From an uncultured archaeon (GTDB lineage: Archaea; Asgardarchaeota; Njordarchaeia; Njordarchaeales; Njordarchaeaceae), in assembly GCA_965367995.1 (NCBI GenBank), contig CBDULE010000028.1:1-11902 (forward strand): a stretch of DNA of 11,902 bases, given 5' to 3'. Made by a program: the position numbers and the translations under genes. Shown piece by piece: positions 1 to 7,500 of the stretch. The notes under the pieces are model-generated. The model was not told the DNA's origin. It did not search any database and worked only from the letters and a program-made list of their open reading frames with translations. Positions within the stretch are counted from its first letter, which is position 1; every line of letters begins with the position of its first letter.

Positions 1-222
1 CTTGGCGATATGGGAAAAATGATCTCAATTAAGCTTGGATTTCCAGAAGAATTTGTCATATTACAATATGCTAAGAGAGTATGGAAAAATCCAAAAGATC
101 CAAAAGAAATTTATGTTTCATACGAAGTAAATATCTACTTAAACAGCGGATTATTCGATAATTTTCAGAGGGTAATAGTTAGAAAAGGAGATATCCTTTA
201 TAATGTTTCACTCAAAGTATAG
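1..222 (+). CDS. Hypothetical protein, probably the C-terminal part of an ORF that begins upstream of the window (first in-window ATG at 10)
   Basis: Frame 1 is open from base 1 to the TAG at 220-222. No motif recognised. The composition is K/E/I/Y-rich like the neighbouring genes. The 3' end overlaps convergent ORF 208-771 by 15 nt. Coding status rests only on ORF length and composition. Confidence 0.35.
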   Translation, partial: LGDMGKMISIKLGFPEEFVILQYAKRVWKNPKDPKEIYVSYEVNIYLNSGLFDNFQRVIVRKGDILYNVSLKV

Positions 223-771
223 CTCTGATGGTTTGAATTCTTCCTCCTCTATTTTTATACCTAATGTCTCGCTGATAAATTCTTTAGCTTTGTTCCAAAT
301 CTCCTCAAGGCTTTTTCCAACGATTATCTCATCTAGATTTTTATATCGTCCTTTAGGCAACTTTTCTGGCTCTGGATCTAAAGCCACGAAAGCTGTCGTG
401 AGTCCAGGAAACAATTTCTTAAATATTCCTGCATACTCATTTGCGTCATCTGCGACAGAGCGTTTTGCTAATAATCCAACGAAGAAAATAATCAAGGGTT
501 TCTCATGAGGATAAGCACGTCGGTATATCACTACCCCTATGGCATCAACCGCTTTCTTTAAATCTCTCTTTTTGAAACCCGAGATATCCAGCAAACCTCC
601 TTCAATCCATGATCTAATCAACTTACCTCTATCAACCTTATACGTTGTTTCAAGCTTAACATCACGCTTCAAGAACTCCTCTTTAAATCCATACATTATT
701 TCCTTCTCTACATCATTCCTAATCGATTCTTTTTTAGGCTTCTTTTTAGCTGGCAAGAAATCACCAATCAT
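208..771 (-). CDS. Hypothetical protein (187 aa), Lys-rich N-terminus, no family recognised
   Basis: 187-codon ORF. Its ATG (769-771) overlaps the stop of upstream ORF 761-1093 by 11 nt, an operon-like arrangement. It has alternating hydrophobic and charged segments (PLIIFFVGLL...ADDANEY...AFVALDPE) consistent with an alpha/beta fold. No diagnostic motif found. Confidence 0.55.
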   Translation of the reverse strand: MIGDFLPAKKKPKKESIRNDVEKEIMYGFKEEFLKRDVKLETTYKVDRGKLIRSWIEGGLLDISGFKKRDLKKAVDAIGVVIYRRAYPHEKPLIIFFVGLLAKRSVADDANEYAGIFKKLFPGLTTAFVALDPEPEKLPKGRYKNLDEIIVGKSLEEIWNKAKEFISETLGIKIEEEEFKPSELYFE

Positions 772-1093
772 CTAATCTCTTGAAGTGTAATAACTTCTGC
801 CCCTTATAAAAAATTTCCACATTCTCTATATCAGAAGGCAGATTATTTATTGTTAGTTCAAATTCGATTAAAGAGATGCATTGTAAGCAAATAATCTTAG
901 GCTTAAAGGTTTTAATAAGATGAATCCTCAAGCTTTTATTCAAAAATGAAGAAGTTGCTCTTAACCAACAGCAGCTGGTAGGACAAACTATGATCAGCTT
1001 AATTTTAATATTTTTTCGATCTTGGCTTATCAAAAAAGCTTTATCCTCTCCTAAGCCACATTTACTTTTAATTTTGCGAATGGAAATTTGCAA
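761..1093 (-). CDS. Small Cys-rich hypothetical protein (110 aa) with TTG start; possibly a thioredoxin/glutaredoxin-like fold (weak)
   Basis: This is the only long ORF in 772-1093. It has no in-frame ATG. The TTG at 1091-1093 is preceded by AGGTGC (minus strand, 1101-1106) 7 nt upstream, the same spacing as the GGTGA motifs of neighbouring genes. It has six Cys, including CPTSCC and CLQC. The layout (strand IKLIIV, Cys cluster, helix, then VEIFYKGQKLL) loosely resembles small glutaredoxin-like proteins. Confidence 0.45.
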   Translation of the reverse strand: MQISIRKIKSKCGLGEDKAFLISQDRKNIKIKLIIVCPTSCCWLRATSSFLNKSLRIHLIKTFKPKIICLQCISLIEFELTINNLPSDIENVEIFYKGQKLLHFKRLDDW

Positions 1094-1160
1094 AATCTAA
1101 GCACCTTTGAAGCCTTAAAATTTATTACAACATTGGTACTTTAAGGTAATTTTCTATTTT

Positions 1161-1225
1161 AGAAGATGATGACGCGAACAGCCTGTGAGAAGATCGATGA
1201 TCGCAAACGGGGTTCTGATTCTTCT
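1161..1225 (+). ncRNA. C/D box sRNA candidate 1 (2'-O-methylation guide; D' guide matches the 23S rRNA A-loop)
   Basis: Intergenic. Elements in order:
- C box ATGATGA, 1166-1172
- 12-nt guide CGCGAACAGCCT, 1173-1184
- D' box GTGA, 1185-1188
- 5-nt linker
- C' box TCGATGA, 1194-1200 (GA core kept)
- 14-nt guide, 1201-1214
- D box CTGA, 1215-1218

The flanks AGAAG (1161-1165) and CTTCT (1221-1225) can pair as a terminal stem. The reverse complement of the D' guide, AGGCTGTTCGCG, contains the conserved 23S helix-92 sequence GGCUGUUCGC. Confidence 0.7.
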
Positions 1226-1301
1226 CCTTCTAATTAATGTTCAACCTTTATAACTTCTTTATATGCTGGTATAAATTAGTCTTTTAGCTAGGTGAGAAAA
1301 C

Positions 1302-2642
1302 ATGAGAAAGAGGGTTGTAATTCTTGGAGCTGGTGGTAGAGACTTCCATAACTTTAACGTGTACTTTAGAGATAATCCAGAATATGAGGTAGTAGCTTTT
1401 ACTGCCACACAAATTCCTGGAATAGAAGGGAGAGTTTATCCACCAAAATTAGCTGGGAAGTTATATCCTAATGGAATTCCCATTTTACCAGAATCAGATT
1501 TACCAAAAATCATAAGAGAATACGATGTTGACTTCGTAGTTTTCTCGTATAGTGATGTTTCGCATCAACATGTAATGAATCTAGCTGCAATTTCATTAGC
1601 AAATGGAGCTAGTTTTCTATTATTAGGCCCTAAAGATACGATGCTGGAGTCGGAGAAGCCTGTCATTGCTGTTGGTGCTGTTAGAACGGGATGTGGTAAG
1701 AGTACTCTGAGTAGAAAGATTGTGAGGATTCTCCTAAAATATAGAATTAAGGTCGCTGTAATAAGACATCCAATGGCATATGGAGATCTTGAGAGGCAGG
1801 CTGTACAAAAATTTGAAACATTTGAAGATCTTGATAGATATGAGGCTACAATAGAAGAAAGAGAGGAATATGAGCACTATTTAGAGATGGGACTTCCAGT
1901 ATATGCTGGAGTTGATTATGAGAAGATACTCAAAGAAGCTGAAAAGGATGCAGATTTAATATTGTGGGACGGTGGAAATAATGATTATCCTTTCATAAAA
2001 CCAGATATCTTCTTTGTTGTAGCAGATGCTTTAAGACCTGGTCATGAATTGACATACTGGCCAGGTTCAGTAAATGTTAGGATGGCTGATGTTATAATTA
2101 TAAACAAGGTGGTTGAAGCAAGCATGGAACAAATAAAAAGGATAGAAGAAAACATTAGAATGGTCAATCCAAAAGCAAAAGTTCTTCTAGCCGCTTCAAT
2201 TCTAATAGTTGACAAACCAGAATTGATAAAAGAAAAAAGAGTTTTGGTTATAGAAGACGGTCCAACCGTTCTTCATGGAGAGATGCCTTGGGCTGCTGGA
2301 TATATTGCAGCAATTAGATATGGTGCTAAGGAAATTGTAGATCCGCGTAAATATGTTGAAGAAGAGCCAGATACTGATCTCTATAAAGCATATAAGGAGT
2401 ATAAGCATCTTGGTCCCGTTTTACCAACGCTTGGATATTCGAGAAAAGAAATAGCAGAATTAGAAAGAATAATTAATAGGATAGAAGCTGATTCTATTGT
2501 GCTTGGTACGCCATCAGATATAACAAAGTACATGAAAATAAATAAGCCAGTTGTTCGAGTAAAGTATGAATTAGAGGAATTAGGACGACCTAAAATTGAA
2601 GATATAATCACTGATTTTCTTAAAAAGAAGGGATTGATCTAG
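1302..2642 (+). CDS. COG2403-type P-loop protein (family usually annotated as predicted GTPase or cyclic 2,3-diphosphoglycerate synthetase-like)
   Basis: 446-aa ORF with GGTGAG (1291-1296) 5 nt before the ATG. The N-terminus is Rossmann-like (VVILGAGGRDFHNFN). A central P-loop-like segment reads IAVGAVRTGCGKST, followed by LILWDGGNND and VIIINKV, as I recall for this family. The specific enzymatic function cannot be read from the sequence. Confidence 0.85.
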   Translation: MRKRVVILGAGGRDFHNFNVYFRDNPEYEVVAFTATQIPGIEGRVYPPKLAGKLYPNGIPILPESDLPKIIREYDVDFVVFSYSDVSHQHVMNLAAISLANGASFLLLGPKDTMLESEKPVIAVGAVRTGCGKSTLSRKIVRILLKYRIKVAVIRHPMAYGDLERQAVQKFETFEDLDRYEATIEEREEYEHYLEMGLPVYAGVDYEKILKEAEKDADLILWDGGNNDYPFIKPDIFFVVADALRPGHELTYWPGSVNVRMADVIIINKVVEASMEQIKRIEENIRMVNPKAKVLLAASILIVDKPELIKEKRVLVIEDGPTVLHGEMPWAAGYIAAIRYGAKEIVDPRKYVEEEPDTDLYKAYKEYKHLGPVLPTLGYSRKEIAELERIINRIEADSIVLGTPSDITKYMKINKPVVRVKYELEELGRPKIEDIITDFLKKKGLI

Positions 2643-2680
2643 TAACTTTTAAATTCTTTATTAGTCTACCCCTTAAAACT

Positions 2681-2735
2681 GGATGATGAAGAGGTGATCC
2701 TCGGAGTAAAAATGAAGAGAAAAATTTATCTGACA
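2681..2735 (+). ncRNA. C/D box sRNA candidate 2 (D' guide complementary to the 16S rRNA 3' terminus)
   Basis: Intergenic. Elements in order:
- C box ATGATGA, 2683-2689
- 12-nt guide AGAGGTGATCCT, 2690-2701
- D' box CGGA, 2702-2705
- 6-nt linker
- C' box ATGAAGA, 2712-2718
- 11-nt AU-rich guide, 2719-2729
- D box CTGA, 2730-2733

The GA dinucleotides needed for K-turn/K-loop formation are present in all four boxes. No clear terminal stem. Competing reading: GAGGTGATCC acts as an SD for a 28-codon ORF at 2712-2798. Confidence 0.5.
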
Positions 2736-2934
2736 TACATATTAACTACTGCATTTATGAATCCTCCAATCAGTAGCATTACTGCTTTCTTACCGTAAAA
2801 ACAGGGATTAAAATAATTCTTCCTGAACTCAATGATGCATAAAAATGCACAATAAAAATTCAGAACGCTGAATAAAATAAATAAAAAGCATTTTTTAGAT
2901 GATATTCTTGTTAAAAAAATGGGGTGTATTAAAA

Positions 2935-3747
2935 ATGGCTAAAAAAGTAAAGAAGGTAAAGAAAGGAATTTTAGGAATCAGATATTCAAGCGGTCTTGCT
3001 CTTTGGACAGCGATATTTGCTATATTTTTTGAAGCTATATCTGGAGTCCTCCTTGTCTTTTCATTATGGGCGCGAGAAGGAGGAGTGATAAGCCCAGAAG
3101 CACGGGGTATATTTTTAACTATAGCCACAGCATTTCTTATAATTGTAGCACTTCTTATAGCTTTGGATCTTTTTACACCACTATACGAGTTTCTACCATT
3201 TGCTTTGAAAATTTTTGAGTCATTTATGCTTGTCCTTCTAATGTTTGGAGCTATATTCCTTCAAGCGTATTATGAGACTACAGAATCATTTTATTATCAA
3301 AATGCTTTCGCTGCTACTATTATATTCTTCGTCGCTTTTGTAATCTTTTACCTCAATTACGTCATGAGGTTTGGAAAAATTAGTGTCATTGAAGCTCATA
3401 AAAATGCAATTAATAAACTTAATGCTGTTATGGTCAGAGCTACAGATTCTATTAAGGACAAGAGGCTTCTTGAGAGCTTATTAGAAGTTAATAACCTTGT
3501 CAATTTAACTCTTAATGATATAGTTAGTAAAGAAATTTCAGAAAGGGGTGATGTTAGTAGGATTCTTTATATAGCAACCATTTTCGCAGGAGCATTTTAC
3601 CTTGGAAGTTTTCTGCTTATAGAATATGGGGCTTTAATATCTCCTACAGTTATAGTTTTCATGTACGTAACTATTGTTTTAGTATCATTGTTTGCATTAG
3701 CCGTCGATGCATTTGTATTGAGGACAAAGCTAATAGCTTCAACCTAA
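2935..3747 (+). CDS. Integral membrane protein, about 6 TM helices with a ~65-aa soluble helical segment between TM4 and TM5
   Basis: The ORF is open from 2899. The ATG at 2935 (MAKKVKK...) is preferred because GGGGTG (2921-2926) lies 8 nt upstream. Hydrophobic stretches: LALWTAIFAIFFEAISGVLLVF, IFLTIATAFLIIVALLIAL, FESFMLVLLMFGAIFL, AATIIFFVAFVIFYL, ILYIATIFAGAFYLGSFLLI and VIVFMYVTIVLVSLFALAV. No family recognised. Confidence 0.7.
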   Translation: MAKKVKKVKKGILGIRYSSGLALWTAIFAIFFEAISGVLLVFSLWAREGGVISPEARGIFLTIATAFLIIVALLIALDLFTPLYEFLPFALKIFESFMLVLLMFGAIFLQAYYETTESFYYQNAFAATIIFFVAFVIFYLNYVMRFGKISVIEAHKNAINKLNAVMVRATDSIKDKRLLESLLEVNNLVNLTLNDIVSKEISERGDVSRILYIATIFAGAFYLGSFLLIEYGALISPTVIVFMYVTIVLVSLFALAVDAFVLRTKLIAST

Positions 3748-4215
3748 ACATGATTTAATAAGATTTCGTAATTCTTCTTCTTTTTTACTATCAATCGTCA
3801 TTAAATTGAGTCTCTCTATAAGTGAACCTTTCTCATCATACACTAAAAACAGTTTCCCATCAGTCAGAAAAATTCTTTTTGGTTTTAATAAATAAGCAAA
3901 CACTTTAATCAACATTAATTCTACTCTCTTTAGGATGTCTGGATTTTCTAGGCTCCAATTAGGGTCCGGCTCTATTATTTCAAATAAAATTGGCAATTCA
4001 TTGTTTTTCTTTATTGCTAGATCTACTTCAAGTGTCTCTTCTTCATCCCTAAACTTTATGTTTATGTTATCCCTAATAATCATTTTTTCCCTAGGAATTC
4101 CCATTTTTTCTAACCAAATTTGAAAGAGATAAACAATCATATCATGTGTTTTTTTATATTTCCCGCTCTCTAGAAGCTCAGCTATCCTTTTTAGAGTATA
4201 CTCTTCATTAGACAT
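3739..4215 (-). CDS. Hypothetical protein (158 aa) with an HsdR-N/PD-(D/E)xK-like sequence pattern whose EXK motif is degenerate
   Basis: The track ORF starts at a TTG (4225-4227). The ATG at 4213-4215 (MSNEEY...) is preferred because GGTG (minus strand, 4222-4225) lies 6 nt upstream. The pattern LEVDLAI...PILFEIIEP...IFLTDGKLFLVY resembles the D...ExK...TNGxxW layout of small restriction-endonuclease-fold proteins, but EII replaces ExK. It is transcribed divergently from rpoA. Its 3' end overlaps the membrane-protein gene by 9 nt. Confidence 0.6.
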   Translation of the reverse strand: MSNEEYTLKRIAELLESGKYKKTHDMIVYLFQIWLEKMGIPREKMIIRDNINIKFRDEEETLEVDLAIKKNNELPILFEIIEPDPNWSLENPDILKRVELMLIKVFAYLLKPKRIFLTDGKLFLVYDEKGSLIERLNLMTIDSKKEEELRNLIKSCLG

Positions 4216-4424
4216 TATAAACACCAAATTTTTGAAACTTTAAGCATAGTGAATGCTATCTTATTAGGCTTTTTATTAATTTTTTGTTAAAGTAGAGATT
4301 GCTGACAGAACAATGATAATGAATACATATTACCTTAATATCTCGCAAATTAATAAGAGGAGGATATTCGCTAACTTGCTTTATTTTAAGAAAATTTTGA
4401 GCTAAAGAATGGCTTCCCTATGAT

Positions 4425-4443
4425 AGAGAAATTTTTAAATAAG
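4425..4443 (+). promoter_or_regulatory. Candidate BRE/TATA element for the rpoA gene
   Basis: AGAGAAATTTTTAAATAAG is a purine-rich BRE-like stretch followed by a TTTTTAAATA TATA-like box, about 75 nt upstream of the ATG at 4517. GAGGT (4509-4513) lies just before the start. In DNA this AT-rich, such matches also occur by chance. Confidence 0.3.
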
Positions 4444-4516
4444 TTGGTTGTCTTGAATCCAATACGGGGAGATTAAGGATGATATATTGACGCCTTCTTT
4501 ATTGGGTTGAGGTATT

Positions 4517-7500
4517 ATGAAATATAAGATACCTAAGCGTCTTGTAGGGATAACCTTTGGGATACTTTCACCTGATGAGATTAAGAAAATCGGGGATGTC
4601 AAAATTAGCCAACCAGAATTATATAGTGAGAGGGGAGAAGGGTTCCCTGGTGGTCCATTAGATCCTCGCTTAGGGGCTCCTGATAACGTGAATAGATGTA
4701 AAAAATGTGGTTTGAGAAGAATTGAGGGAACAACTGGTTGTCTAGGACATTTTGGACATATAGAATTAGCTAAACCAATATACCATCTTGGATTCGTTAA
4801 ACATATTGAAAAGGTGTTAAATGCTGTCTGTGAAAGGTGCGGAAGATTAACACTCCCTCCTGAGAAAAGAGATGCTTATTGGAAGAAGATGGAAGTATTT
4901 ATAAAGAGATATGGGTATCCAAGCTTTGATATTGCGAAGGAGATATTAGCTGAGGCTGCTAAAGTTAAAAAATGTCCTTATTGTGGACATGAAAAATTAG
5001 GAAAATTTGTTTTTGATAAAGATAATCTCACATTCATTAAGAGGATAGAAATTAGTGAAGAAGAGCTTAAAAAACGTGAATGGATGGAATTTATAAGAAA
5101 TCTTGGAATACCAGCTCATATAAGAAAGCTTAGTGTAAGCAAGGGTAAGAAAAAAGGGAAAAGATACATCAACATTTACTACAATCCTGAAAGCATAAGA
5201 CAAATTCTATCGCAAATATACCCAGCAGAAGTTCTTCCTGAAGATGAACTGAAAGAAAGAAGAAAAGATGTTTTCTTAATAGGATTTCACCCAGATCATG
5301 CTAGACCAGAATGGACTATTCTGCAGGTACTTCCTGTACCTCCTATAACTGTCAGACCTCCTGTTATCACTGCGGAAGGGAAGAGAACGGAAGATCAGCT
5401 AACACTAATTTTGAGGGATATAATTAGGATTAACGAACAATTAATGAGCAAATCTAAAGGAGGCCCACCACAAGTTATAGAGAATTTGTGGAATCAACTG
5501 CAAAAAAGAGTTAAGGCATTATTCGGGCTTCATAAGTTAGGAGAACTTAAGATGGAGAGAACTTATGTTAAAGGAATAATTCATAGACTGTCAGGAAAAG
5601 AAGGAAGGTTTAGACATAATTTAAGCGGAAAGAGAGTGAACTACTCTGGAAGGGCTGTTATATCACCCGATCCTTATCTTAGTATTGATGAAATAGGCGT
5701 TCCTGAAAAAATGGCTAGAAAACTTCTGTTCCCAGAAGTGGTAAATGAGCTTAATAGTGAAAAGCTCAAACAGCTTGTCATAAATGGCGCAGCCATCTAT
5801 CCTGGCGCAGAATTCGTATATAAAAAGCAAGCTCCTGGAGTTTATAGGAAGATAATGGTTGGTATATTTAAGGATAGGAAGAAGAGGGAAGAAATAGCGC
5901 GTGATCTCAAACCAGGAGACATTGTTGAGAGGCATTTAATGGATGGAGACATTTTAGTTTTTAATAGACAACCAACACTTCACAGAATATCAATGATGGG
6001 GCATTATGTAAGAGTTCTACCTTATAATACCTTAAGGCTTCATCTGATGACCTGTCCACCATATAACGCAGACTTTGATGGCGATGAGATGAACGTACAT
6101 TTGCCTCGCTCATATGAAACAAAAGCGGAGATTATGACTTTAATGGAAGTTAAACGTCATATAATAACAGCAAGATATGGAGGTCCCATAATAGGGCCTA
6201 AACAAGATTTTATAACTGGAGCTTACCTTCTAACAAAACCTGGTTCTATCCTAACTAAAGAAGAATCACAACAAGTTCTCTTCTATGCTGGAATTGAAGA
6301 ATTGCCTAAAGAATCAATTAATTATGATGGTATAGAAGCTTATGATGGTAAAAAGATTTTCTCAATGATTATACCTAAGTATATCTTTTACCAGAAAGAC
6401 ATAAAGGGAATACTTGTCGGAAAATCTGCAAAAGAGAAAGTTAAAACCGTGATTTGGAACGGAGAATTAATTGAAGGAGTTATAGAGAAGGGAGCGATAG
6501 GAGCTGAAAAGCCAGAGAATATAGTTCATAAAATTGTAGAAAGATGGGGAAACGATGCTGGAAAGAGATTCCTTAATAGTTTATCATCAATGATTATAAG
6601 ATTTCTCACAGATAGAGGATTCAGCTTAACCTTATGGGACATTATTGTAGCTTTAGAGGCTAGGAAAGAGGTACTTGAGAAAATCAATGAAAAACTTAAG
6701 GAGGCAGAAAAGGTTGTTGAGTTATATCTTAAAGGAGAGTTGGAACCAGAACCTGGAAAGAGCCTTGAAGATACATTTGAGGATAAATTAATTGAAATCT
6801 TAGATCAAGCAAGAAATGAAGCCGGAGAAATAGTAATATCGCGTATGAATCCAGAGAGTCAATTTGGGATAATGACGCTAACGGGAGCTAGAGGAGATGA
6901 AACAAACATTGCTCAGGTTCTTGCATGTATAGGACAACCAGTGGTTAGAGGAAAAAGATTGAAGAGAGGTTATAGCAATAGAACATTACCGCATTTCAAA
7001 GAGAAAATAGGTATATTTGCTGGAGGATTCGCAAAAGGAAACTTTGCAATAGGTATGAGCCCACTTGAATATTTCTTCCACAATGCAGCTGGGAGAGATA
7101 GTCTAGTGGATACAGCGGTCAGAACAGCTGACAGCGGTTATTTCTATAGAAGATTGGTTAACGCACTTCAAGATAGTAGAATAGAGTATGATGGTACCGC
7201 TAGAATGATGAGTGGGCAAATACTTCAGTTTAAGTATGGAGGGGATGGTGTTCATCCGGGAAAGAGTTATCATGGGAAGATTGCTGATTACGAATCAATA
7301 TTTTATGAACTATTAGTACGTGAAGAAGAGAATGGTAAAAGAATTAAGGAAGTATCAGAGTGGCCTAAATACTATGATGAATTTATTCAGAGATTACGCA
7401 ATGAGATTTCATATGCTGTTGCTTTAGATGTAAAAGAACTCCTCAAAAGAGAATTTGAAAATGGTAATATACTAACAGAAGGATCGATACAAGAATTCTA

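Noticed and set aside
203-775. Plus-strand ORFs 203-508 (101 aa) and 539-775 (78 aa)
   Set aside because: Both lie entirely antisense to the 187-aa minus-strand ORF. Their Ser/Phe/Leu-rich low-complexity composition is typical of the reverse frame of a Lys/Glu-rich gene. Neither has an SD-like motif.
2202-2611. Minus-strand ORFs 2202-2408 and 2381-2611
   Set aside because: These are shadow ORFs inside the well-supported COG2403-type gene, with Phe/Ile/Ser-rich nonsense-like sequences.
2832-2873. C-box-like ATGATGC (2832-2838) with a CTGA at 2868-2871, plus small hairpins TGCAT/ATGCA (2836-2849) and ATTCAG-AACG-CTGAAT (2858-2873)
   Set aside because: Only 40 nt separate the boxes, too short for a C/D'/C'/D architecture, and the last C-box base is wrong. 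There are no internal boxes. The 5-6 bp AT-rich hairpins are expected by chance in this composition, and no gene end is positioned for them to act as terminators.
2895-3128. Minus-strand ORF (77 aa) overlapping the start of the membrane-protein gene
   Set aside because: It is antisense to a longer ORF that has clear TM helices and an SD. It has no motif of its own.
3935-4123. Plus-strand ORF (62 aa) inside the 158-aa minus-strand gene
   Set aside because: Ser-rich shadow frame with no SD.
4243-4257. Inverted repeat AGCAT-AGTGA-ATGCT upstream of the 158-aa gene
   Set aside because: The stem is only 5 bp and cannot be extended. This is not distinguishable from chance.
4357-4378. Strong SD-like GAGGAGGAT in the rpoA upstream intergenic region
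   Set aside because: No ATG or GTG lies within 5-9 nt. The nearest TTG (4376) opens only a 9-codon frame. It may be part of a 5' UTR or promoter context, but no element can be supported.
7374-7380. Perfect ATGATGA C-box string inside rpoA
   Set aside because: It encodes Y-D-E in the verified reading frame, and no D' or D box follows at guide-length spacing.
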